A stretch of 64,000 nucleotides of DNA from the human T2T-CHM13v2.0 reference genome, Homo sapiens. Under the pieces are notes generated by a model. That model did no database searches, was not told the origin of the DNA, and was given only the letters and a program-made list of their open reading frames with translations. The translations under genes and the position numbers were made by a program. Below are positions 43,800 to 60,030 of this stretch, in pieces. Where the stretch lies: assembly GCF_009914755.1 (NCBI RefSeq), contig NC_060926.1. One strand, given 5' to 3'. The stretch's first letter is position 1, and the number at the start of each line of letters is the position of its first letter.

Positions 43800-43800
43800 A
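43649..43800 (+). mobile_element. FLAM-type Alu monomer with (TAAA)n tail
   Basis: Single left-arm-like monomer (GGTGGGAGGATCGCTT..GAGTTTGAGACCAGCCTGGGCAA) followed by about 9 TAAA units. Confidence 0.85.
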
Positions 43801-43850
43801 TTTTTATATATGTATATTATATATGTCTTTATTATACATATTATAAAGGG

Positions 43851-43875
43851 GTGTGTGTGCGTGTGTGTGTGTGTA
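43851..43875. repeat. (GT)n microsatellite
   Basis: Direct reading, one interruption. Confidence 0.9.
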
Positions 43876-44334
43876 TAAACCCACATAGTTACCATTTCCA
43901 GTGTTCCTTATTGCTTTAAAGTTCAAGTTTTCATTGGGTATCAAAGTCCTCTTGAAAATTTTCTCGATATTTTTTGTAGTTTGGGCTGGCTAGTGGTTAG
44001 TTCTTTCACTATTTTTTTTAAGTCTAAGAAAGCCTTTATCTTCACTTTTGAAAAATCTTTTCACTGGTAAATAATTATAGGTAAACAGATTTTTTCCCCT
44101 CTATAGTTTAAAAAGGTTACTCCACTATTTCCTGGCTTGTATTTTTTTTTTTTACAAGAAATCTGCTGTCAACTTTGTTTCTATGTATATCACGTGCTTT
44201 TTTTTTTTTAATCTGGATATTTATAACATTTTCTCTTTATCGCTGATTTAAATAAATCTGACCATGATGTTCCTTGGTGTAGTTTTCCTCCTGTTTTGTG
44301 CAGGGGAATTTGTTGAGCTTTTTGGATCTGTGGG

Positions 44335-44772
44335 TGTAGGGAGTTGAATGCTGGCTCTCCAAAAGTTATGTCAACCGCCCAGAACCTGTGAATGTGACTT
44401 TATCTGGATAAAGGATCTTTGCAGATCAATTAAGATAAGGATCTCAAGGCAAGATGACCCTGGATTATCTGGGTGGGCTCTACATCTGATGGCAAGTGTC
44501 CTTATAAGAGAAACTCAGAGGGAGATTGGAGACACACAGAGAAGGACACGTAAAGACAGTGGCAGAGATTGAAGTTATGTATCATAAGCAAAGCAGTGCC
44601 TGGAGCCACTAGAAACCGGAAGAGGCAGGGAAGGATCCACCTTAAGAGCTTCCAGTCGTAACTCTTTGATTTAGGACTTCTGGCTCCCAGAAATGAGACA
44701 GAATAAATTTCTGTTGTTTCTAAGCCATTAAGGTTTCAATCGTTTGTTATAGCAGCCCTAGAAACCTAAGAG
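44335..44772 (+). mobile_element. MLT1C-like solo LTR
   Basis: TGTAGGGAGTTGAATG..CCCAGAACCTGTGAATGTGAC..GGACTTCTGGCTCCCAGAA..AATAAATTTCTGTTG..AGCAGCCCTAGAAAC. Confidence 0.82.
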
Positions 44773-45232
44773 TAATAGGTTTATGTTTTTAATCAAGTTT
44801 GGAAAAATTTCTGCCATTATTTCCTTAAATATATTTATTTTCTCATTCTTCTCCTTCGAGGACTTAATTGTGCTGAGCCACACAAGATTCCCCAAAGTTT
44901 CCTAATGCTCTATTTATTTCAGTCATTTTCTCTCCATGTTTATTTTTTATAATTTCTATATCTCCCAAGTTCAATAATCTTTTCTGATGCAAAATCTGCT
45001 ATTAATTTCATACACTGCATTTCTCATATCAGACACTGCAGTTTTCATCTGTAGATGTTTAATTGGATCTTTTCTTAAATATCCTGCGTACTTTATATAT
45101 TTAACCTTTCCTCTATCTTCTTAAACATGTGGAACCCAGTCATAGTAAATCTTTCAATACACTTGTCTATTAACACAGTCTTTGTGTCATTTCTGGGTTA
45201 GTTTCAATTGACTATCTTTATTCTCACTATGG

Positions 45233-45776
45233 GTTTTGATTTACATTTCCCTGATTATTAGTGATGTTGAGCATTATTTCGGATATTTGTTGGCCATTTG
45301 TATATTTTCTTTTGAGAATTGTCTATTCATTTCCTTAGCTCACTTTTTGATGGAACTGTTTGTTTTTTTTCTTACTGATTTGTCTGAGTTCCTTGTAGAT
45401 TCTGGATGTTAGTCCTACATCAGATGTATAGATTGTGAATATTTTCTCCCACTCTGTGGGTTTTCAGTTTACTCTGCGGATTGTTTCTTTTGCTGTGTAG
45501 AAGCTTTTTAGTTTAATTAAGTCCCATCTATTTATATTTGTTTTTGTTGCATTTGCTTTTGGGTTCTTCGTCATGAAGTCTTTACCTAAACCAATGCCTA
45601 GAAGTGTTTCTCCAATGTTATCTTCTAGGGTTTTTACAGTTTCAGGTCGTAGATTTAAGTCCTTGATCCATCTTGAGTTGATTTTTGTATAAGGTGAGAG
45701 GTGAGGATTCAGTTTTATTCTTCTACATGTGGCTCTACAATTATCCCAGCACCATTTGTTGAACAGGGTGTCCTTC
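45233..45776 (-). mobile_element. Internal ORF2 fragment of a primate L1 (L1PB/older L1PA)
   Basis: Reverse ORF2 (GTTTTGATTTACATTTCCCTGAT...CCCAGCACCATTTGTTGAA) with no 3'UTR or poly-A. Flanked by CACTATGG repeats. Confidence 0.85.
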
Positions 45777-47377
45777 CACTATGGCTTATATTTTATTTCT
45801 TTGCATGCTAATTTTGATTGGATATCAGAAATTGTGCATTTTTACATTATAGGTGCTGGGCTTTTTAATGGTCATAAATATTTTTGGAGTTCGTTTTGGG
45901 AAATAATGAAGTTACTTAGAAACTGTTTGATATGTGTGTGTGTTGTTTTAAGCTTACTTAGGCAGGACCAGGCTAGCATTTAATTTTGGGCTAATTTTCC
46001 CCAGGACTGAGTGCTGTAACCAGTTCTTTGTGCCTTATGAAGTTTCCCAATGTGTCTATTGGAAACAGCCACTCTTTCTGACCCACTGTTTTCAGCCATT
46101 GCTCCTTCTAATTCTTTAGGGTATTTTTCCTGGCCACAAGTAATACCCCTAGACAATGAACCAATCAGCACTCTTATTACGTATTATATGAAACCATCAA
46201 AAAAATCTCTGGAGTTCTCTATTTGCAGCTCTCTTCTCTCTGGTATTTTTCTCTATAAACTCTTGCTACTTTGCCTTTTTTGGAATCACAGCAAAGGCTC
46301 CTCAACTTAAGAAGTACCCTTCACTTTGCTGAGGTCTTTCTTTTCTGTGCCGTGGCTTAGAAACATTATTAAGATGGTAAACCGATTCCATCAAAGGGTT
46401 TATTTACCTCTTTTGTTTCCTCTTTCTCAGGCAATGCCCTCCTCCTTTGACTGATGTGCAATGTCCTGAATATTGTTGCTTCTTATATATTTTCCAGATG
46501 TTTGTATTGTTTTGGTTGACAAGGTAAATCTCATTTCATTTTACTCCAACTTTACTCCAATTCCATTTTACTCTAATTTTGACCAGAGTCAAATTTTCTC
46601 CTTGCTTTTTTCACTGGGTGCTGGACTTTGTAGGTGAAAATATGTAGAGCTTCTAGATGAAGTTATATTCCTCCAAATATAAACTCTCCTTTAGCAGGAA
46701 GAAAGAGTAGCAGCATATCACTTTGACAATACAGAGTTTGAGATTTAAGCTTCATTAGGGTTGGCCTACTTTATTTGTTCCCATTGCCTTAAGTCATAGT
46801 ACTTCTGAGATTTCAAGGGAAAGTTGAACATTTTTACCAAGCCCCTCTGATTTGTCAGGACAAAAACTCCAAACTGCATCCCCCTACTCCTGACAGCTTC
46901 TAGTCTTTGCATAGCTCTTCATCCCCCAAGCTATTTCTTTATGCTGAGTTCTGTAGAGTACAACCCTGGGTATGCACAGTTTGGAAGCCAGCTAACTACC
47001 GAAAAGGAATTTTATGCAGATGTTGGGACTACACTCTCGGTGACTTCCCCTGACGTTTTTCTTCTCAATTTTCAGCTTCCCTTTCAAACTACCACTCTGA
47101 TCTGTTTTCTCAGTCCAGAAAGATTGCTGCGTATTGAAGGATTTACCTGCATTCTGAGGATCTAAGGGTTGTCCTCAGGGAAAAATCTTGGTATACATTG
47201 AACTCACCTAATATGTTTCCCTTCTTTTAAGGATCATATCCTTTCTAGTTTATATCTTCCTACTTTGGTTGCCTTCAAATACTTGTCTTTTATATTTGTC
47301 CAGCTTTAATAATTGTTGTTGGCAAGAGGTTTAGTCTGTTACTCTGCCATGACAACAACCAGTCCTCTCTCTGTTAT

Positions 47378-47520
47378 TTGGAAAGCTTTTTAAAAATACC
47401 AATGCTTGGGCTTCACTCCAAACCAATTAAATCAGAATATCTGCAAGTGAGGTCCAGGCATCCATATTTTTAAATTCTTTCCAAGTGATCAGAATATGCA
47501 TAGAGAGCTGAGAACCAGTG
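47378..47520. mobile_element. MER5-like hAT-Charlie fossil
   Basis: CCAATTAAATCAGAAT..CCAGGCATCCATATTTTTAAA..CCAAGTGAT..TGAGAACCAGTG. Confidence 0.7.
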
Positions 47521-50500
47521 GTCTAGGCTGACTATTACTGACAGCTGGGCTGGATTGCTTTAATCCAAATGGAAATCCCTGTTGTCCAGACCTTAGAAAC
47601 AAGTTTGATTGTAAAAGTTTTAGTGGCTCCTAGTCCTAAGAAACATCTTGCAACAGTATCCACTCCTTTTCTCCAGCTATAATGCATGGATGGCAATTTC
47701 CACAGAATCTCATTCCTCTTATTTATTGAGCTGGACTCATGGTAATCACCACAGCTATAACTAAGAAGGGAAACACAAAGCCTTCCTGCATCCCTTTAAT
47801 TCTCCCTCAGTCTTTCCCATTGCTCACTTCTACTTTTGCACATGCTGCCTCTGATATTCAAGGCTATTCCAGAGCTCTGATTGGAAAATATATTTTTTAG
47901 AATCCTCTTAACTATATGGAGTTTCACGGTTCTTGGAAATGAGAGGTTGGAATGTTAAGGAATCCCTGTGCTCTCGCCTCAAAAATTGTTTTGATATTCA
48001 AGTCATAATAAAATCCTTAGTAGCTTTATATCAGCTTTATGAATTTATCCATAATTTTCTATTTATTTTGTAGTTGTAATGAGTCTGGGGTTTAATATAA
48101 AAGTTGCCAGTCATAATGACCTGGTAATTTGTGATTATAAAACAAAATATTTCGGTTCAGACTAGACATACAATTTTTATTTCTACCAAGTTTATAGTAT
48201 TTTCTCTCCCTCTCCTCACCTCTTAGGGAAAAAAAAATCATATGAATCAAAGGCAGTAATGTTCTTCTTAAGCAAAGAATGTGTCAAATAACTCAATAAA
48301 TTTTGGTGCTTAAGTCACAAATGTTCAGAAATATATTATGCTATTGTTGCCAATATCCTTCTCCCAGATTAGTTTATTGAGGAGAGGTGACTTTTTCTTC
48401 ACTAGGAAACTTCCAATAGATTCTCTACTTTAAGTGGGATATGAAAAGGCATAGTTAAAACCTATATTTTTCTTTTGGAAGAAAACAAAAAGCTAACCAT
48501 TTCACTATTAAGTCACTGGCTACTCATTGATTATTAGCTCCTGAATTACAGTTTTTTTATTGTCACTAAGAAACCATGATCTTTGGGAAATACAACATTT
48601 TATCTTCTGTGAGAGAACAGTAGGCCAAAATGCTAAAATTCACACTAACACCTCTTGATAAATTATAAGCTAGTGCTGAGAATCTGATCCTAACAAATCC
48701 TTTCCCTGTTCACTCCCACATGTGACTGGATAAAATGCTTTGTCTTTATCTCCTTAAAACGTAAGTTCTTTCTCAACTAAGATAGCAAACTTGCCCTTGT
48801 TCTAATCCATCTCAACCTTTATTGTAGAAGCTCTGTAAATCATCAAACCAAAGAAATCTGGGGAAATAGCCAGAATAAGACTGGGAAGACATAAAATAAA
48901 TGAAAAAGTGCAAACCCGTGAGGAAAGTATGAAAGAAATTTAAGACTATTTAGAATACAGTGAAGTCCTATGAAAGTTTGCTAACTCTTACAAATATTTG
49001 AAGTATTATCTATCACAAGGTCCTTGATCACCTGTACTCTATCTTCACTGAAAACTAAAAAGGAAAAAAAAATGTGTTTAAATTAGCCAGAGAAGACTTC
49101 TGTTAGACAAAGGGCATCATCTCTGCTGCATAAGTAATTAGCAAGTGAATGGCACTGAGAGTTGTCCAAGGTCTGCAGATGATACTACAATGGTTTGCAG
49201 AAAATCCTTGTCAGAGCTCCTTAGACAAATGGCATCCCAGGTGCCTATAATGGTTGTCTTCGAAGCAGTCACTGAACTGCCTCTTAAAAATCTTTTCTAC
49301 TGTGTAAGCTTATTATGACTTTCAGTGGATAACATGTTTAAAAGAAACTTCACTAACACCTGCTGAGCCTCAAACCGTAAAGCTGAGAGGGGATGGGCAC
49401 GAAGTGAGAATAAAAGTAGAGGAAATAAGGAAAGGAAAAAAAAATTAAAAAGGAAAAACTGACAAGGGAAGGAGAGAATCACATCTAAGGCATCAGAATC
49501 TCTAAATCTTCTATTTCAAGCACTGGTAGATATGAAGCAATGATAGATATGGCAATAAAGTGGATAGTTATTGCCCTGTGCAACGGACATATAAACCCCA
49601 CAGGAATTTTTTTTTTAATCAAAACACTCTTTGATGTTTTTGCAGGCAAAAAACTTCTTGTGGTAAATTCTAAGGAAAAGTATGGCAAGTCTCTGGAACC
49701 TCCTTAACTGAAAAGCATGACAAATTAAATTTCCACCACAGCTCATAACAAACTGCATGAAATCAACTTATTGTAATCAATGATGGCAAAAGACAGAACC
49801 TTTTTGCTGTGACTCTCCCAGGCTCTTCATCAGAACACATTGCTGTTCTGGCGTTCTGGTAAAAAAGCATTTAAGAATATGTTCTTTCACTCTAATGAAG
49901 ATAAGGAAGATCATTAAAAAGATGAAACGTTCCTAGCCCAGGGTAATATGTCTAAACTAAAAAGCATGGGCAAGAGATCAAACCACAGAAGTGCTGTGCC
50001 TGCCTCAAAAGTGAGAAATGATGGATGATGGCAAGAGAAATCAGAAGAAAAATAAAGAGTTTACATCAATCTGGAAAGTACCACAGGGCAAAGCAGCTAG
50101 ATCATGTTCTCTGATCAATACAATAAAATGCCATAAATAAACTAAGTGAGCACCAGCCCTCACAAGGCACACGACATGTGTAAATCTCCTCAGCTTCCAC
50201 AAAGAGAGATTCCCTCAAAAAGCTGCCTGCGCATGGGCATTCATCGCAGGCGCAAGCCTATTTTCACAGAAAAATTTGACAAAATTTGTCCTCTTTTGGC
50301 CAAATATACTTTTGTCACTTATTTTAAATATAGAAAAATATTCAGTAAGTACCAAAAAATCTAAGGAATTCAATGAAGTGCCTTGATAGAAATTTAGGGT
50401 AACCTGCAGGATAAATCCAATGCAGAATAATTAAAAAAAAAAAAAAAAACGGAAATAATTGCAAAGGGTGGTGGTCTTTGTGTAGTATTTGTGTTCACCT

Positions 50501-50533
50501 AGCAGTAAAAAGGGATTTTTATTGGATTAAGGG

Positions 50534-51043
50534 TCAAGGCTCATTTGAGGAAAGGTGGTTTGAAAGGAAAATGTACGAGAATTGAGTAGCTGTGGTGGAG
50601 CCAAGATGGCCGAATAGGAACAGCTCCAGTCTACAGCTCCCAGCATGAGCAACGCAGAAGACGGGTGATTTCTGCATTTCCAACTGAGGTACCGGGTTCA
50701 TCTCAATGGGGAGTGCTGGACAGTGGGTGTAGGACAGTGGGTGCAGTGCACCAAGCATGAGCCAAAGCAGGGTGAGGCATTGCCTCACCCAGGAAGCACA
50801 AGGGGTCAGGGTATTCCCTTTCCTAGTCAAAGAAAGGGGTGACAGATGACACCTGGAAAATCGGGTCACTCCCACCATAACACAGCACTTTTCCAATGGT
50901 CTTAGCAAACGGCACACCAGGAGATTATATCCCGCACCTGGCTCAGAGTGTCCTACACCCACAGAGCCTCGCTCATTGCTAGCACAGCAGTCTGAGATCA
51001 AACTGCAAGGCGGCAGTGAGGCTGGGGGAAGGGTGCCTGCCAT
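50534..51043 (-). CDS. L1 antisense ORF0, open and extended (169 aa), expression unknown
   Basis: MAGTLPPASLPPCSLISDCCASN matches the ORF0 N-terminus. ATG at 51043 in GCAATGG context. No stop until 50534. Confidence 0.45.
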   Translation of the reverse strand: MAGTLPPASLPPCSLISDCCASNERGSVGVGHSEPGAGYNLLVCRLLRPLEKCCVMVGVTRFSRCHLSPLSLTRKGNTLTPCASWVRQCLTLLWLMLGALHPLSYTHCPALPIEMNPVPQLEMQKSPVFCVAHAGSCRLELFLFGHLGSTTATQFSYIFLSNHLSSNEP

Positions 51044-51619
51044 TGCCCAGACTTGAGTAGGTAAACAAAGTGGCCAGGAAGCTCCAACTGGGTGGAGCCC
51101 ACCGCAGCTCAAGAAGGCCTGCCTGCCTCTTGTAGACTCCACCTCTGGGGGCAGGGCATAGCCAAACAAAAGGCAGCAGAAACCTCTACAGACTTAAATG
51201 TCCCTGTCTGACAGCTTAGAAGAGAGTAGTGATTCTCCCAGCATGCAGCTTGAGATCTGAGAACAGACAGACTGCCTCCTAAAGTGGGTCCCTGACCCCC
51301 GAGTAGTCTAACTGGGAGGCACCCCCCAGTAGGAGCATTCTGACACCTCACACGGCCGGGTACTCCTCTGAGACAAAACTTCCAGAGGAACAATCAGGCA
51401 ACAACATTTGCTGTTCACCAATATCCACTGCTCTGCAGCCTCTGAGGCTGATACCCAGGCAAAAAGGTTCTGGAGTGCACCTCCAGAAGACTCCTACAGA
51501 CCTGCAGCTGAGGATCCTGACTGTTAGAAGGAAAACTAACAAACAGAAAGGACATCCACACCAAAACCCCATCTGTATATCACCATCATCAAAGACCAAA
51601 GGTAGATAAAACCACAAAG
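50592..51619 (+). promoter_or_regulatory. L1 5'UTR internal sense and antisense promoter with intact YY1 site
   Basis: YY1 core AAGATGGCC at 50603-50611. Many CpGs have decayed to TG/CA. Confidence 0.7.
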
Positions 51620-52636
51620 ATGGGGAAAAAACAGAGCAGAAAAACTGGAAACTGTAAAAATCAGAGTGCCTCTCCTCCTCCAAAGGAACGTAGCTCCTCA
51701 CCAGCAACGGAACAAAGCTGGATGGAGAATGACTTTGACGAGTTGAGAGAAGAAGGCTTCAGACGATCAAACTACTCCGAGCTAAAGGAGGGAGTTCGAA
51801 CCCATGGCAAAGAAGTTAAAAATCTTGAAAAAAGATGAGATGAATAGCTAACTAGAATAATCAATGCAGAGAAGCCCTTAAAGGACCTGATGGAGCTGAA
51901 AACCATGGCAGGAGAACTATGTGACAAATGCACAAGCCTCAGTAGCTGATTCAATCAACTGGAAGAAAGGGTATCAGTGATGGAAGATCAAATGCATGAA
52001 ATGAAGCAAGAAGAGAAGTTTAGGGAAAAAAGAATAAAAAGAAATGAACAAAGCCTCCAAGAAATATGAGACCACGTGAAAAGACCAAATCTACGTCTGA
52101 TTGGTGTACCTGAAAGTGACGGGGAGAATGGAACCAAGTTGGAAAACATTCTGCAGGATATTATCCAGGAGAACTTCCCTAATCTAGCAAGGCAGGCCAA
52201 CATTCAAATTCAGGCAATACAGAGAATGCCACAAAGATACTCCTCAAGAAGAGTAACTCCAAGACACATAATTGTCAGATTCACCAAAATTGAAATGAAG
52301 GAAAAAATGTTAAGGGCAGCCAGAGAGAAAGGTCGGATTACCCACAAGTGAAAGCCCATCAGACTAACAGCTGATCTCTCAGCAGAAACTCTACAAGCCA
52401 GAAGAGAGTGGGAGCCAATGTTCAACATTCTTAAAGAAAAGAATTTTCAACCCAGAATTTCATATCCAGCCAAACTAAGCTTCATAAGTAAAGGAGAAAC
52501 AAAATACTTTACAGACAAGCAAATGCTGAGAGATTTTTTCATCACCAGGCCTGCCCTAAAAGAGCTCCAGAAGGAAGCACTAAACATGGAAAGGAACAAC
52601 CAGTACCAGCCACTGCAAAAACATGCCAAATTGTAA
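51620..52636 (+). pseudogene. L1 ORF1p, collinear (338 codons) with 5 in-frame stops
   Basis: MGKKQSRKTG...RPNLRLIG...YPAKLS...QKHAKL*. Stops at 51836, 51845, 51947, 52067 and 52349. No net frameshift. Confidence 0.95.
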
Positions 52637-52699
52637 AGACCATCAAGGCTAGGAAGAAAACGCATCAACTAATGAGCAAAATAACCAACTAACATCATA

Positions 52700-56512
<3,813 letters not shown>

Positions 56513-57299
56513 ACAGTGAGAACACATGGACACAGGAAGGGGAACATCACACACTGGGGACTGTTGTGGGGTGGGGGTGGGGGGGGAGATAGCATTAGGA
56601 GATATACCTAATGCTAAATGACGAGTTAATGGGTGCAGCACACCAACATGGCACATGTATACATATATAACAAACCTGCACGTTGTGCATATGTACCCTA
56701 AAACTTAAAGTATAATTAAAAAAAAGAAAAGAAAGGAAAATGTACAGACTCTGTTGTGACAGGTTTCTATGAACCCTTAGTAAAGTGTATGTATATTGAA
56801 TAAAAAGACTTTAAAAAGGCCCTCTTCAGTGGGAAAGGTGACTTGATTGAGAGTTAGCAGGCTGGGAGTCTAGTCCTACTTTGCAGCTACTTATAAGTGT
56901 GACCTAAATTAAATCATGTCACCATTCTGAGCTTTATTCTTCATATAGAAATTGAGAGGGTTGTGTTGAATCTGTTCCAGTTAAAGTTTAAAATCACATT
57001 TAAATCCCTGACTTTAATAAAACAGCAGATTATGCATGTTTAATTCACCATTGCACATCTTGTGCTGTTAAAATCTTAGAAGAGGGTCAAGGAGGCAGCA
57101 CAGCAACTAACGAAAGACAAGAATTTCAAATGTAGGATCATCCTACCATTCCATAAGTTTTTGCTGTCACTCTCCTATATCTATATATAGATAAAATATT
57201 CTACTATAGATAATACATATTATGTATAATATTTTTATTATAGATCATACTCTTCCATATATAAATATATAAATTCCCTTTTTTTCTTTCTTACCACCA

Positions 57300-57875
57300 T
57301 GTCATGGTTAACTTCATGCATCAACTTGAGTGGGCTAACAGATGCATAGATAGCTGATAAAACATTATTTCTGGGTGCATCCATGAGGTTGTTTTCAAAA
57401 GGGATTAACATTTAAATTAACAGAGTGAATTAAGAAGATCCATCTTCACCCGTGTGGGTGAGCATCATCCAATCTGCCAAGAGCCCGAATAGAACAAAAG
57501 TTCAGAGGAAGGCTGAATTCTCACTTTTCATGAACTGGGACACCCATCTTCTTTTGATTGGACATTGGAGCCTCTGGTTCAAGCCTTTAGACAGCAGGAT
57601 TTACATCAGTGGTCCCTTGGTTCTCAGGTCTTTGGTCTTGAACTGGAAGTTACATCATTAGCCCATGTATTTCTCAGACCTTCTGACCCAGGCTGAATTA
57701 CCTCACTGGGTCTCTTGATTCTCCAGTTTACAAACAGCATACCATGGGACATCTTGACTTCTATAATTGTGTGAACCAATTCCCCAAATAAATATCCTCT
57801 TATATAGAGATCTATCTATATCTTTCTATTCAACTATATTCTATGCGTTCTACCTCTTTGGAGAAATCTAACACG
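57300..57875 (+). mobile_element. MLT2B-like solo LTR (ERVL)
   Basis: TGTCATGGTTAACTTCATGCATCAACTTGA..AAAACATTATTTCTGGGTG..CATCATCCAATC..AATAAA..GGAGAAATCTAACAC. Near-TSD CACCA/CATCA. Confidence 0.8.
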
Positions 57876-58099
57876 CATCATCATTGCTATTTAAATGATT
57901 TATTTTTCTTCTATGTTTATTTTATGATTGCACCTGTGTAGTAAGAGTGGATTAGGACATATCCTCTAAGACTATACTTGTTCTTGCTTCTCTAAGACAT
58001 ACAGCTGAACTACAGGAAACTCATTGGATTCCTACAGAAAAATTTTAGTGTAAAATTGACTGTACCCTACCTATTTCAGGGTTTGAAAATGCACCTGAA

Positions 58100-58240
58100 A
58101 TCCCTTGGAGTCAGATAATTGAATCAATATGATTCACCCACATATTGGCTATGTGACATTGGGCTTCAAAGCCTTTCAGTCCTAGTTTTATTATTTGTAA
58201 AATGGAAATAATATATCTACTTTATAGAATTTCTAAATTT
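58100..58240 (+). mobile_element. MIR fragment
   Basis: GGAGTCAGA..GCTATGTGACATTGGGC..TGTAAAATGGAAATAATA. Confidence 0.55.
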
Positions 58241-59799
58241 AAATTAGGTAATTTTAAAAAACATTTAAATTTAAATAAAATTTAAAAATATACTAGGGAT
58301 TTATTAATCCTAAACCCATAATAAATGTCTATATTTCATCTAAACAATAACATTAAAGAACCTAAGTTTATAATAATTGAAGTTATAGCCCATTCCTAAG
58401 ACTGCCTAATAGCTTCACTGTTTTCAGGGAATAATTCCATGAATGGTTAAATGGGAGTTCAACCAAGGCAGTAGGGGAGAGTCAGCAAAATCCATTCCTT
58501 ATACTGGACATTAAGACAGAGGTAGGTCATGAGAGATTTCCTTTAAATAAAGTAGAATCTATTACATTGTACTTCTATTACATTTTATAGAAACTATATA
58601 CAAATCTAAGCCAAACTGAGAAGTATGGCTCATTACCAATAAAAATTTTGGACTTGTAATGCAATCAATCCAATCTACCACAAAACCCCTATTCCTCCAC
58701 TTGATTTAACATCAGTTTTATGACTGGAATAACACATTATCTTTCAATTTACAAATTAACTTTATTTAAAAGTATTTGTCTTCTAAATACAAAAAAAAAA
58801 GGAATTGGCATTGTCCATTTGAAAATCTAGGAAAATCACTCAAAAGCCAACGTACCAACAATTTGCTCTATTAATCAAAAACTTTATGTCAAGAATTAGT
58901 GTCTTCTTTTCTAAACCAGGGAATGCATTTATAACTCATGTTCCAACAAGCTGAAGCTAATAAAATAATCCAAAGCTTATCTGAAATTCCATCATCCAAA
59001 TATGTATTTTGATGGCTTACAAAGAAAGTAATCTCCAAAATTTACTACTCTAATTGAAATGTTTATGCATACACCAGGGAAACATTTAAGTCACACAGGA
59101 GACCAAGGGAGAAAATGTTTAGTAGCAGATAGTCATATCTCAGGTATTCTGATAGGATCACATCTTGTGCTTGTCTTGTTTAAATACACTATATATTAGG
59201 ATGTGTTATCATCTTTACTCCATATTATGATAAGTATGCCTTTTCTCTTGCTGCCAAATGCCACTGAGGCAATTCTTCTACTAGGAAGTTCCAATGTTAA
59301 TTGCATTATTACTTATTTTTTATTGCTAAGAGTTATTTGCATTCATTATGTAGCTCTAACATATTCATGTTTTACATCACACTTTATTCATTTCCATGAA
59401 TTTCCAGAAGAAAAAGAATTCACATCTATTATTGTTCAGTATTGCTGCATACTGCAAAGCCCAAATATGAGTTCATTCAATATCATATAATTAGGTAATT
59501 GGTGTTTTTCATGCTTTATATTCTGCAGAAATCCTTGGTAGATGTTATAAATGTGTCTAAGTATATCTTAGTGATATTTGGAGAATTGCTTAAGATTATG
59601 AGGTGGACTAGGAATAAATTACTTTCACATTTTCACATTTAAAAAATGTAAGATTCAATGCTTTTTCAGGAGCAGATTATATTCACATCTAATATTGGCC
59701 TTTATGATTAGCATTAGTCAAAAGACCTACCTAAATGTAATCAGTAAATTGTTATCTTAACAATACTGGTTTATTTGAGGACTTCTAATTGCTATTTAT

Positions 59800-60030
59800 G
59801 TAAGACTGATAAACTCAGATGTTTAAAACTAATGTTTGGGTTCAAATCTTGCCTCTATCACTTACTAGCTGTTTGAATTGGGCAACTCAAATAATGTTTG
59901 TTTCTGATTTCCCTCATTGATAAATTAAGGATACTAGTATTACTTCATAGGCTTGTTATGACAATTAAATTAGTTAATATTTGAAAAGTGTTTAAATAGT
60001 GTCTGGCAAATAGTAATTGTGAAATGATAG
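59800..60030 (+). mobile_element. MIR SINE
   Basis: GGGTTCAAATCTTGCCTCTATCACTTACTAGCTGT..TTGGGCAA..AGTGTCTGGCAAATAGTAA. Confidence 0.75.

Larger units (their letters stand above)
43880..47360 (-). mobile_element. Old L1M ORF1/5' region, nested and fragmented
   Basis: Reverse ORF1 phrases (GAAATCTGCTGTCA, GATGTTCCTTGGTGTAGTTTTC, TTTGGAAAAATTTCTGCCATTATTTC). Confidence 0.6.
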
